In this document: in pieces, positions 17,965 to 26,828 of the stretch
How positions within the stretch are numbered: the stretch's first letter is position 1
How the letters are laid out: each line of letters opens with the position of its first letter
Source of the DNA: Mycolicibacterium smegmatis
Lineage (GTDB): Bacteria; Actinomycetota; Actinomycetes; Mycobacteriales; Mycobacteriaceae
Assembly (NCBI RefSeq): GCF_001457595.1
Contig: NZ_LN831039.1
Coordinates: 3,300,001-3,332,000 of the forward strand
DNA length: 32,000 bases
Reading direction: 5' to 3'
The notes under the pieces: model-generated
What the model was told of the DNA's origin: nothing
Seen by the model: only the letters and a program-made list of their open reading frames with translations
The model's database searches: none
Position numbers and translations under genes: made by a program

Positions 17965-18354
17965 ATGGCCGCGCACCTGACGATCGGCGAAGTCGCCCGT
18001 CGGGCGGGCGTCGCGCCTACGGCACTGCGGTACTACGAGAAACTCGGCCTGCTCCCGGCGCCCGAACGCATCGGCGGGCGACGGCGCTACGACGAGGCGA
18101 TCCTGGTGCGGCTCGAGGTGATCCGGCTGTGCAAGGCCGCGGGGTTCTCACTCGACGAGATCGCGGTGCTCATGGACGACGACACACCCGGGCGACCGGT
18201 GGCCCGCGCCCTCGCGGAGGCCAAACTCGCCGAGATCGACGCCCAGATCGCATCGCTGGCACGCGCCCGCAGCATCGTCGAATGGGGAATGCAGTGCACG
18301 TGCCCGTCGATCGATGAGTGCACCTGCGGAATCCACCGCACCGTCCCTGCCTGA
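17965..18354 (+). CDS. MerR-family transcriptional regulator with a C-terminal CxC-x5-CxC-x2-H motif
   Basis: ATG 17965 lies 6 nt after AGGAGA (17953-17958); the alternative is ATG 17947. MerR HTH LTIGEVARRAGVAPTALRYYEKLGLL, a coiled-coil segment, then QCTCPSIDECTCGIH. Confidence 0.88.
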   Translation: MAAHLTIGEVARRAGVAPTALRYYEKLGLLPAPERIGGRRRYDEAILVRLEVIRLCKAAGFSLDEIAVLMDDDTPGRPVARALAEAKLAEIDAQIASLARARSIVEWGMQCTCPSIDECTCGIHRTVPA

Positions 18355-18776
18355 TGACGCCTACGCTGAAGGACATGCGCAGCCGACACGTCAGTGTCTG
18401 GATCGAGGCACCGCCGGACGCGGTCTACGTGTTCGCGTCGGACCCGGGCGAATGGCCAAGGTGGGCAGCGGGTTTGGCGCAGGGTGGGCTGCGGTTGACG
18501 GCAGAGGGCTGGATCGCCGATTCCCCGATGGGGATCGTGCGGGTGAGCTTCACCCCGGCCAACACCCACGGCGTGCTGGACCATGTGGTCGAGTTGCCGT
18601 CGGGGGAGCGGGTCTACAACCCGCTGCGGGTGGTTCCCGCCGGTGAGAACGAGTCGCGGTGCGAGGTGGTGTTCACGGTGCGGCAGCGGGCCGGCATGAC
18701 CGACGAGCAGTTCGACGCCGACGTGGCCGCCGTGGAGGCCGATCTGGAGAGGCTGCGCGCACTGCTGGAGCGGTGA
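18354..18776 (+). CDS. SRPBCC-family (polyketide cyclase/AHSA1-like) protein
   Basis: 140 aa from ATG 18354, overlapping the merR TGA by 1 nt (TGATG). VSVWIEAPPDAVYVFASDPGEWPRW is a typical SRPBCC N-terminus. Confidence 0.75.
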   Translation: MTPTLKDMRSRHVSVWIEAPPDAVYVFASDPGEWPRWAAGLAQGGLRLTAEGWIADSPMGIVRVSFTPANTHGVLDHVVELPSGERVYNPLRVVPAGENESRCEVVFTVRQRAGMTDEQFDADVAAVEADLERLRALLER

Positions 18777-18780
18777 GCGC

Positions 18781-19014
18781 TCAGCGGCGGGACGTGCGTG
18801 AGGACGTCCCGAGCGCCAGCCAGGTGACGGTGGCGGCCGCGGCGGCCGAGAGCACCGCTGTGCTCGCGGTCATCGTCACGGCGGCGACCACAAGAAGGAC
18901 GACGGCACCCACGGCGAGTGCGATCAGCTTGTACGCAGGCCACGGCACCCCGGCGACGCTGATCTCGCGTTCGGTCCGGGACCCGGCGAGGCGAAAGTTC
19001 CCGGCTGCTGTCAT
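18781..19014 (-). CDS. Small membrane protein with two TM helices, unknown function
   Basis: 77 aa from ATG 19014, with strongly G/C-biased third positions. Hydrophobic segments YKLIALAVGAVVLLVVAAVTM and AVLSAAAAATVTWLALG. A TATCGT -10 (complement of 19022-19027) lies 7 nt upstream of the ATG. Confidence 0.55.
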   Translation of the reverse strand: MTAAGNFRLAGSRTEREISVAGVPWPAYKLIALAVGAVVLLVVAAVTMTASTAVLSAAAAATVTWLALGTSSRTSRR

Positions 19015-19252
19015 AGCCACCACGATAGCTCGCAAGATAGATTTCGGCTACCCGAAACACCGGATGTGGGCCTCCGGTTCGACCGGCACGTCATGCCGAT
19101 ATTTGTGCCCCTGACCGGCGAGTTCAAACCTCTGCGACCACACCCGTCCCCGCGGCCTGCGGCGCCGAACTGGCGTGCGCCCGGCCGGTACCCTAAGGTG
19201 TCTCTGCTCACCTCATTTCAGGGAAATCCCTGGTTGGTGGCAGTATTGACGA

Positions 19253-20545
19253 GTGACCACCGAACTGAGCGCCGACTCCCGAATCACTGCGCTGACCGCA
19301 CCGCTGTCAGCTGCTGATATCGATGAGGCCGCTCGCCGAATTTCGGGCGTGGTCACCGAGAGCCCACTGCAGTACTGCGAACGGCTGTCCGAGGCCACCG
19401 GCGCCAACGTCTACCTCAAGCGCGAGGACCTGCAGGCCGTGCGCTCCTACAAGGTGCGCGGCGCGTTCAACCTGATGGCGCAGTTGTCGGCCGAGGAACT
19501 CGCAGCCGGTGTGGTGTGCTCGTCGGCAGGCAACCACGCGCAGGGCTTCGCGATGGCCTGCCGCACCATGAAGACCCACGGCCGGGTGTACGTGCCTGCC
19601 AAGACGCCCAAACAGAAGCGCGACCGCATCCGCTATCACGGACGTGAGTTCATCGAGCTCATCGCCGTGGGCGCCACCTACGACCTCGCTGCCGCCGCGG
19701 CGCTCGAGGACGTCGCCCGCACCGGCGCAACCCTGGTGCCGCCGTACGACGATCTGCGCACGATGGCCGGACAGGGCACCATCGCCGCCGAACTGCTCGA
19801 CCAGTTGGACACCGAACCCGATCTGGTGATCGTGCCGGTCGGTGGTGGTGGCTGCATCGCCGGCATCACCACCTACCTCGCCGCGCGCACCGACAACACC
19901 TCGGTGCTCGGCGTGGAACCCGCGGGTGCGGCGTCGATGATCGCCGCGCTGGCGGCCGGCGAGCCGGTCATGCTGGCCGACGTCGACCAGTTCGTCGACG
20001 GTGCGGCCGTGGCCCGTGCCGGGCAGAAGCCGTTCGAGGCGCTCGCGGCGGCCGGCGACATGGTGTCGCTGACCACCGTAGACGAGGGCGCGGTGTGCAC
20101 CGCGATGCTCGACCTCTACCAGAACGAGGGCATCATCGCCGAACCGGCGGGCGCGCTGTCCGTGGCGGCGCTGCTGGAGGCCGACATCGAGCCCGGGAGC
20201 ACCGTGGTGTGCCTGATCTCCGGCGGCAACAACGACGTCTCGCGCTACAACGAGGTGCTGGAGCGCTCGCTGGTGCACCTCGGCCTCAAGCACTACTTCC
20301 TGGTGGACTTCCCGCAGGAACCCGGCGCGCTGCGGCGGTTCCTCGACGAGGTGCTCGGCCCCGGTGACGACATCACGCTGTTCGAGTACGTCAAGCGCAA
20401 CAACCGCGAGACCGGCGAAGCTCTCGTGGGCGTCGAGCTGAGCTCGGCCGCCGACCTCGAGGGTCTGCTGGCACGCATGGGGCAGTCCGACATCCATGTC
20501 GAGCTGCTCGAGCCGGGCTCTCCGACGTACCGCTACCTGACCTGA
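19253..20545 (+). CDS. ilvA: Threonine dehydratase (biosynthetic, with C-terminal regulatory domain)
   Basis: 430 aa from GTG 19253. PLP-lysine motif SYKVRGA, Gly-rich VPVGGGGCIAG, and an ACT-like C-terminal domain. Syntenic with Rv1559. Confidence 0.95.
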   Translation: MTTELSADSRITALTAPLSAADIDEAARRISGVVTESPLQYCERLSEATGANVYLKREDLQAVRSYKVRGAFNLMAQLSAEELAAGVVCSSAGNHAQGFAMACRTMKTHGRVYVPAKTPKQKRDRIRYHGREFIELIAVGATYDLAAAAALEDVARTGATLVPPYDDLRTMAGQGTIAAELLDQLDTEPDLVIVPVGGGGCIAGITTYLAARTDNTSVLGVEPAGAASMIAALAAGEPVMLADVDQFVDGAAVARAGQKPFEALAAAGDMVSLTTVDEGAVCTAMLDLYQNEGIIAEPAGALSVAALLEADIEPGSTVVCLISGGNNDVSRYNEVLERSLVHLGLKHYFLVDFPQEPGALRRFLDEVLGPGDDITLFEYVKRNNRETGEALVGVELSSAADLEGLLARMGQSDIHVELLEPGSPTYRYLT

Positions 20546-20618
20546 TCATCGGACCGCGCGCAACGGCGGCGGCACCTCGACGGCTTCGTCGTTGGCGCAG
20601 AAGATCGGCCGGTTGGAA

Positions 20619-20650
20619 GCCGGGATGACTCTTGGCCGAATCATCCCGGC
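20619..20650. terminator. Perfect 10-bp-stem hairpin between convergent ilvA and treZ (possible bidirectional, U-tract-less terminator)
   Basis: GCCGGGATGA (20619-20628), 12-nt loop, TCATCCCGGC (20641-20650). The right arm overlaps the treZ stop codon. There is no U-tract on either strand. Confidence 0.35.
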
Positions 20651-22392
20651 CCGGCTGCGGACGCAGAGTTGACAAGGCGCAGGATCGCGAAAGAATGTCC
20701 GGCCAGCACCGTGCTGTCGGGGCGCGCCTCCGGCGTGCTCGACGCCAGCACCAGGTCACCGGAGATGCCTATGGTGACCGGTTCGGCGTTGAGGTTGCAC
20801 GCGATCGCCAGGTCGCCGCGGTACAGCACGATCCACCGGTCGTCTTCGTCGAAGTCGACGCGCAGGTGGTCCAGCCACATATCGGCGAGTGCCGGTTCGG
20901 TGCGGCGCAGTTCGATCAACCCGCGGTAGATCCCGAGCAGTTGGGCGTGCTCGCCCTGGTCGAGTTCGTCCCACTTCAGCTTGGACCGTTCGAAGGTCGC
21001 CGGATCCTGCGGATCCGGGATCTCGTCGGCGTCCCAGCCGTGTCCGGCGAATTCGGCCTTGCGGCCCTCGGCCGTGGCCCTGGCCAGTTCGGGCTCGGGA
21101 TGCGAGCTGAAGAACTGGAACGGTGACGACGACCCCCACTCCTCGCCCATGAAAAGCATTGCCGTATAGGGAGAGCCGAGGGCCAGTGCGGCCTTGACGG
21201 CCAGCTGTCCGGTGGTGAGCCGCTGCGACGGGCGGTCACCGACCGCGCGGTTGCCGACCTGATCGTGGGTGAGGGTGTAGGCGAGCAACCGGCTGCCCGG
21301 GATGGTCGCGGTGTCGAGCGGACGGCCGTGGCGGCGGTGCCGGAACGACGAGTACGTCCCGGCGTGGAAGTACCCGTTCTTGAGCGTGGTGGCGAGGGTC
21401 TCCATGGACCCGAAATCTGCGTAGTAGCCCTGCCGTTCACCCGAGACGGCGGTGTGGATCGCATGGTGGATGTCGTCGTCCCACTGCGCCGTCATGCCGT
21501 AGCCACCGCGGTCGCGCGGCGTGATCAGTCGGGGATCGTTCAGGTCGCTCTCGGCGATGAGCGACAGCGGGCGGCCGAGCTCTTCTGCCAGACGGTCGGT
21601 TTCGGCCGAGAGTTCCTCCAGGATGTGGATCGCGGTGTTGTCCATCAGCGCGTGCACGGCATCCAGGCGCAGACCGTCGGCGTGGAAGTCCCGCATCCAC
21701 CGCAGCGCGCATTCCAGGATGTAGGTGCGCACCTCGTCGGCGTCGGCGTCGGACAGGTTGATCGAAGCGCCCCACGGGTTGCTGCCTGCCGACAGGTAGG
21801 GCGCGAACTTCGGCAGGTAGTTGCCGGACGGGCCCAGGTGGTTGAACACGGCGTCGATCAGCACGCCCAGACCGCGGGTGTGGCATGCGTCGACGAACCG
21901 GATCAATCCGTCGGGACCTCCGTAGGGTTCGTGTACGGCGTACCAGAGCACCCCGTCATAGCCCCACCCGTGGGTTCCGCCGAACGCGTTGACGGGCATG
22001 AGCTCGACGAAGTCGACGCCGAGATCGACCAGATAGTCGAGCTTTTCGATGGCCGAGTCGAAGGTGCCCTCGGGAGTGAAGGTCCCGATGTGCAGTTCGT
22101 AGATCACCTTGCCCTCGATGGACCGCCCCGGCCAGTCGGCATCGGTCCAGGCGTCCGGTCTTGGCCGCCACAGCTGCGAGCGCTCGTGCACGCCGTTGGG
22201 CTGGCGGGCCGAGCGGGGGTCGGGCAGCACCTTGGGGTCGTCGTCGAGGACGAACCCGTAACGGGCGTCGTCGGCGCATTCGACCTCGGCGCGCCACCAG
22301 CCGTCGTCGGACCGGGTCATATCGTGCAGCGTGCCCTCGACATCCAGGCGCACCACGTCGGGCAGGGGCGCCCACACCGCGAATTCGGTCAT
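20641..22392 (-). CDS. treZ: Malto-oligosyltrehalose trehalohydrolase
   Basis: 583 aa from ATG 22392 (ATGA overlap with the treY stop). GH13 motifs DGLRLDAVHA and LIAESDLND. The track's longer start at 22488 lies inside treY. Confidence 0.93.
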   Translation of the reverse strand: MTEFAVWAPLPDVVRLDVEGTLHDMTRSDDGWWRAEVECADDARYGFVLDDDPKVLPDPRSARQPNGVHERSQLWRPRPDAWTDADWPGRSIEGKVIYELHIGTFTPEGTFDSAIEKLDYLVDLGVDFVELMPVNAFGGTHGWGYDGVLWYAVHEPYGGPDGLIRFVDACHTRGLGVLIDAVFNHLGPSGNYLPKFAPYLSAGSNPWGASINLSDADADEVRTYILECALRWMRDFHADGLRLDAVHALMDNTAIHILEELSAETDRLAEELGRPLSLIAESDLNDPRLITPRDRGGYGMTAQWDDDIHHAIHTAVSGERQGYYADFGSMETLATTLKNGYFHAGTYSSFRHRRHGRPLDTATIPGSRLLAYTLTHDQVGNRAVGDRPSQRLTTGQLAVKAALALGSPYTAMLFMGEEWGSSSPFQFFSSHPEPELARATAEGRKAEFAGHGWDADEIPDPQDPATFERSKLKWDELDQGEHAQLLGIYRGLIELRRTEPALADMWLDHLRVDFDEDDRWIVLYRGDLAIACNLNAEPVTIGISGDLVLASSTPEARPDSTVLAGHSFAILRLVNSASAAGPG

Positions 22393-24671
22393 GTCAGCCG
22401 CTCCAGTAGTGCCGCCGGCAGTTCGGCGAACAGTTCGTCCGCCTGCACGGTTCCGCTCCATCGGCGTCCGCCGATCCGGTCGATCCACTCACCGTTTGGT
22501 AGCGACAATGTCGTGTCCCCCCAACCGGCTTCGGCCAGCGCGACGGTCCACCGGCTGACCGCGACCACCACGTCGTCACCACGCAGGTAGGAGATCACGT
22601 GGTCGGCGGCGGCACCGTCGGCGTGCAGTGGTGTGTGGCCGCCGGCCAGGAACGTCTGCGGACGGTCGCGACGCAACTGCAGGGCCGCTGTGGTGACGCG
22701 CATCTTGGCATCGGTACCGGCCTGCAGTGCGGCGCGATGGGCGGCGTAGTCGATCGGCCTGCGGTTGTCGGGATCCACCAGGCTGTCCTCGGCGAGCTCG
22801 GTGCCCTGATAGACATCCGGCACACCGGGCGCGGTGAGCGAAAGGAGCTTCTGGCCCAGGCTGTCGCTGCGGGCGTGCCGGTCCAGACGGGTGACCAGCT
22901 CGGTCAGCCCGGCGCCGACGGGTCCGTCGAGCACGGCGTCCACCCAGCTGTGCACAGCATCCTCGAACGCGGTGTCGGGGTCATTCCACGAGGTCTTGAT
23001 GCCCGCTTCACGCATGGCCTTCTCGGCGTAGGCGTGCAGCCGGCCGCGCAGCTCGTCGGTGATCTCGCCGTCGCTCGGCCAGACCCCGAAGATGTTCTGC
23101 CACAAGAACAGTCCGGTCCCGAGGTCAGGTGGTGGGGCGATCTCGCTCCACTGCGTCACCAGTTCGGTCCACAGCCCGGGCACCTGCGACAGGACACCGA
23201 TGCGGGCACGCACATCCTCACCGCGCTTGGTGTCGTGCGTGGACAGGGTGGTCATCGCGGTCGGCCAGAACCGCGCCCGCGTCGCGGCGCGCTGGTGGAA
23301 CTCGGCGGTGGTGACCCCGAACAGCGCAGGCTCGCCGCCCACCTCGTTGAGGCTCACCAGGCGCGGATCGCGGTAGAACAGGCAGTCCTCGACCGCCTTG
23401 GCGGTGGCCGCTCCGCACAGTTGGTTCAGCCGTGCCGCGACTTCCGCGCTGGTCGCGTACGCCGCGGAGACGGTGCCGAGGGCGTCGGCGAGATCCGGTG
23501 CGGCCGAGGCGGTGCTGGCCAACGCGACCGGGAGCAGCGCCGACAGCGTGGGGTAGTCGCAGCGGTAGACGCCGATGTTGCTGACGAGTGCGGCCACGGC
23601 GTCGGGCAACCGAGGGTCGCTCCGCCCGGTGGCGCGCGTGATCGTGCGGCACACGCGGGCCAGCTCGCTGCCGAGGATGTCGGTGACGGCGGCCCGTTTG
23701 AGGTCGTGCTCGGAGGCCACCTCGACGTCGGCGCACAACTCAGCGAGCGGGCCTGCCCCGTTCGGGTCGATGAACACGCCGCCGATCTCGCGCAGCGCGT
23801 CGTACCCCGTGGTGCCCGCCACCGGGAGCGCGGTGTCGAGTGCCTCGTCGAACGCGAGGATCTTCTCGACGACGATCCACGCCGACGGGCCCGCGATCTC
23901 CCGCAGCCACGTCAGATAGCCTGCGGGATCGGTCAATCCGTCCGGATGGTCGATGCGCACCCCGTCGACCAGACCCTCGTCGAACCACCGTTTGACCTCG
24001 GTGTGGGTCGCGTCGAAGACCGCGCGGTCCTCCTGGCGCAGCGCGGCCAGTGACGTGATGGAGAAGAACCTGCGGTACCCGCAGATGCCGCGACGCCATC
24101 CGATGAGCCGGTAGTGCTGGCGGTCGTGCACCTGGGCACCTGTGCCGGAACCGGTGCCCGGCGCGATCGGAAGCACGAGATCACCGAGACGCAGCACGTC
24201 GCCGTCCACCGTCAGATCGGCGACGTCGTCGTCGGATCCGAGGATGGGCAACACGATCCGGCCGGATTGGCCGTCGACCTCGAGATCCCAGTCGATGTCG
24301 AAGTAGTCGGCGTACCGTGACGACCGTCCGTGGGTGAGCACGTCCCACCACCACGGGTTCTCGTCGGCACGTGCCACACCGACGTGGTTGGGCACGATGT
24401 CGACGATCAGGCCCATGTCGCGCGCACGCGCGGCCTCGGACAGGCGGTGCAGTCCGTCGGGACCGCCGAGGGCGGGGGAGACGGTCGTGGGATCGGTGAC
24501 GTCGTAGCCGTGCGTGGAGCCTTCGGCCGCGGTCAGGATGGGGGACAGATACACATGGGAGACGCCGAGGTCGTCGAGATGGTCGAGGAGATTCACCGCA
24601 TCGTCGAACGTGCAGCAGTCCCCGCGCATCTGCAACCGATACGTCGAGAGCACCGGGCGCGTCATCGTCAC
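22389..24671 (-). CDS. treY: Malto-oligosyltrehalose synthase
   Basis: 760 aa. The N-terminus STYRLQMRGDCCTFDDAVNLLDHLDDLGVSHVYLSPIL is typical of TreY. The start overlaps the glgX stop (ATGA). Confidence 0.93.
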   Translation of the reverse strand: MTMTRPVLSTYRLQMRGDCCTFDDAVNLLDHLDDLGVSHVYLSPILTAAEGSTHGYDVTDPTTVSPALGGPDGLHRLSEAARARDMGLIVDIVPNHVGVARADENPWWWDVLTHGRSSRYADYFDIDWDLEVDGQSGRIVLPILGSDDDVADLTVDGDVLRLGDLVLPIAPGTGSGTGAQVHDRQHYRLIGWRRGICGYRRFFSITSLAALRQEDRAVFDATHTEVKRWFDEGLVDGVRIDHPDGLTDPAGYLTWLREIAGPSAWIVVEKILAFDEALDTALPVAGTTGYDALREIGGVFIDPNGAGPLAELCADVEVASEHDLKRAAVTDILGSELARVCRTITRATGRSDPRLPDAVAALVSNIGVYRCDYPTLSALLPVALASTASAAPDLADALGTVSAAYATSAEVAARLNQLCGAATAKAVEDCLFYRDPRLVSLNEVGGEPALFGVTTAEFHQRAATRARFWPTAMTTLSTHDTKRGEDVRARIGVLSQVPGLWTELVTQWSEIAPPPDLGTGLFLWQNIFGVWPSDGEITDELRGRLHAYAEKAMREAGIKTSWNDPDTAFEDAVHSWVDAVLDGPVGAGLTELVTRLDRHARSDSLGQKLLSLTAPGVPDVYQGTELAEDSLVDPDNRRPIDYAAHRAALQAGTDAKMRVTTAALQLRRDRPQTFLAGGHTPLHADGAAADHVISYLRGDDVVVAVSRWTVALAEAGWGDTTLSLPNGEWIDRIGGRRWSGTVQADELFAELPAALLERLT

Positions 24672-26824
24672 GCCGTCTTACGCAGGACGAGGACCGAACG
24701 CGGCTGGATCGAGATCTTCTCGCCGGCCCGCACCACCAGGTCCGAGTTGCCGACCGGGTCGGCGGTGTCGAGATCTGCGGTCCATTCCGCGGCGTAGTCG
24801 CCGTTGGGCGTGACGAAATCCTCCGGATGGTCATTCGAGTTGAAGCACAACAGGAATGAATCGTCGACCACCCGTTCGCCGCGTGCGTCGGGGGTGGGGA
24901 TCGCCTCGCCGTTGAGGAACACCGCCACGCACGTGCCCAGCCCCGTACCCCAGTCCTCGGGGGTCATCTCGGTGCCCGCGCGGGTCAGCCACGCGATGTC
25001 GCGCACCTGATCGCCGCTGCGGATCGGTTTGCCCTCGAAGAACCTGCGCCGCCGGAACACCGGATGTTGCTTGCGGAACGCCACCACCTTGCGGGTGAAC
25101 TCGAGGTGGTCGGCGTGGGTCTCGCACAGCGACCAGTCCATCCAGGACAGTTCCGAATCCTGGCAGTAGACATTGTTGTTGCCCAACTGGGTGCGGCCGA
25201 TCTCGTCGCCGTGGGCGATCATCGGCGTGCCCTGCGAGAGCATCAGCGTGGCCATGATGTTGCGCATCTGCTTGGCCCGCAGCGCGAGGATCTCGGGATC
25301 GTCGGTCGGCCCCTCCACCCCGCAGTTCCACGACCGGTTGTGACTCTCGCCGTCGCGGTTGTCCTCGCCGTTGGCCTCGTTGTGTTTCTCGTTGTACGAC
25401 ACCAGATCGTTGAGGGTGAACCCGTCATGACAGGTCACGAAGTTGATACTCGCACTCGGACGCCGACCGGTCGCCTCATAGAGGTCCGAGGAACCGGTCA
25501 GTCGCGAGGCGAACTCGCCAAGGGTTGCGGGCTCGCCCCGCCAGTAATCACGCACAGTGTCGCGATATTTCCCGTTCCACTCGGTCCATAAACCTGGGAA
25601 GTTCCCCACCTGGTAGCCGCCCTCGCCGACGTCCCACGGCTCGGCGATCAGTTTGACCTGGCTGACCACGGGATCCTGCTGCACCAGATCGAAGAACGCC
25701 GAAAGCCGGTCGACGTCATAGAATTCCCGCGCCAGCGTCGAGGCCAGGTCGAAGCGGAACCCGTCGACGTGCATGTCCAGCACCCAGTACCGCAGCGAAT
25801 CCATGATCAGCTGCAGCGTGTGCGGGTGCCGCGCGTTGAGGCTGTTGCCGGTGCCGGTGAAGTCCTTGTAGAACTCGGGCTGGCCGTCGAGCAGGCGGTA
25901 GTACGCGGCATTGTCGATACCGCGGAAGTTGATCGTGGGGCCCAGGTGGTTGCCTTCGGCGGTGTGGTTGTACACGACGTCGAGGATCACCTCGATACCC
26001 GCGTCGTGGAACGCCTTGACCATTGTCTTGAACTCGGCGACCGCACCGCCGGCGTTGCGGGTCGCCGCGTACTGGAAGTGCGGCGCGAAGAAGCCGACGG
26101 TGTTGTAGCCCCAGTAGTTTCGCAGGCCCAGGTCGAGCAGCCGGTGGTCGTGCATGAACTGGTGCACCGGCATCAGTTCGATGGCCGTGACGTTGAGCGA
26201 CTGCAGGTGCTCGATGATCACCGGGTGGGACAGGCCCGCATAGGTGCCGCGCAGCGCCTCAGGGACGCCCGGGTGGGTCTGGGTCATGCCCTTGACATGC
26301 GCCTCGTAGATCACGGTGTCGTGGTACGGGGTCTTGGGGGCGCGGTCGGATCCCCACTGGAAGAACGGGTTGATCACGACGCTGGTCATGGTGTGGCCCA
26401 GGGAGTCGACGCGCGGCGGTGTACCGCTACCGGGTGGGTCCGCCTCCAGGTCGTAGGAGTACAGCGCCTGCGAGAAGTCGAAGTCACCGTGAAACGACTT
26501 GCCGTACGGGTCCAGCAGCAGCTTGCTGGGATCGCAGCGCAGACCCTTCGACGGATCCCACGGGCCGTACACGCGGAAGCCGTAGCGCTGGCCGGGGGAG
26601 ATGGTCGGCAGATACGCGTGCCACACGTACCCGTCGACCTCATCGAGGTTGATGCGGGTCTCCGTGCCGTCCTTGGCGATCAGGCACAACTCGACGCGCT
26701 CGGCGACCTCGGAGAACAGCGAGAAGTTGGTGCCCGCCCCGTCGTAGGTCGCTCCCAGCGGATAGGCCTCGCCGGGCCACACCATGTTCATCGGCGCCGG
26801 TGGGGATGCGGTCGGATCGGACAC
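24668..26824 (-). CDS. glgX: Glycogen debranching enzyme GlgX/TreX
   Basis: GH13 motifs DGFRFDLAS, LIAEPWD and FVTCHDGFTLNDL. The start is uncertain. GTG 26824 is preferred: it lies 4 nt after the sucT stop and is preceded by GGTGGTGA. Alternatives are 26872 and 26791. Confidence 0.92.
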   Translation of the reverse strand: MSDPTASPPAPMNMVWPGEAYPLGATYDGAGTNFSLFSEVAERVELCLIAKDGTETRINLDEVDGYVWHAYLPTISPGQRYGFRVYGPWDPSKGLRCDPSKLLLDPYGKSFHGDFDFSQALYSYDLEADPPGSGTPPRVDSLGHTMTSVVINPFFQWGSDRAPKTPYHDTVIYEAHVKGMTQTHPGVPEALRGTYAGLSHPVIIEHLQSLNVTAIELMPVHQFMHDHRLLDLGLRNYWGYNTVGFFAPHFQYAATRNAGGAVAEFKTMVKAFHDAGIEVILDVVYNHTAEGNHLGPTINFRGIDNAAYYRLLDGQPEFYKDFTGTGNSLNARHPHTLQLIMDSLRYWVLDMHVDGFRFDLASTLAREFYDVDRLSAFFDLVQQDPVVSQVKLIAEPWDVGEGGYQVGNFPGLWTEWNGKYRDTVRDYWRGEPATLGEFASRLTGSSDLYEATGRRPSASINFVTCHDGFTLNDLVSYNEKHNEANGEDNRDGESHNRSWNCGVEGPTDDPEILALRAKQMRNIMATLMLSQGTPMIAHGDEIGRTQLGNNNVYCQDSELSWMDWSLCETHADHLEFTRKVVAFRKQHPVFRRRRFFEGKPIRSGDQVRDIAWLTRAGTEMTPEDWGTGLGTCVAVFLNGEAIPTPDARGERVVDDSFLLCFNSNDHPEDFVTPNGDYAAEWTADLDTADPVGNSDLVVRAGEKISIQPRSVLVLRKTA

Positions 26825-26828
26825 CGAA

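Noticed and set aside
19059-19095. tRNA-like GGTTCGA element (ctCCGGttcgaCCGGca)
   Set aside because: The loop is only 5 nt, and no acceptor, D or anticodon arms can be drawn around it. It is not a tRNA or tmRNA fragment.
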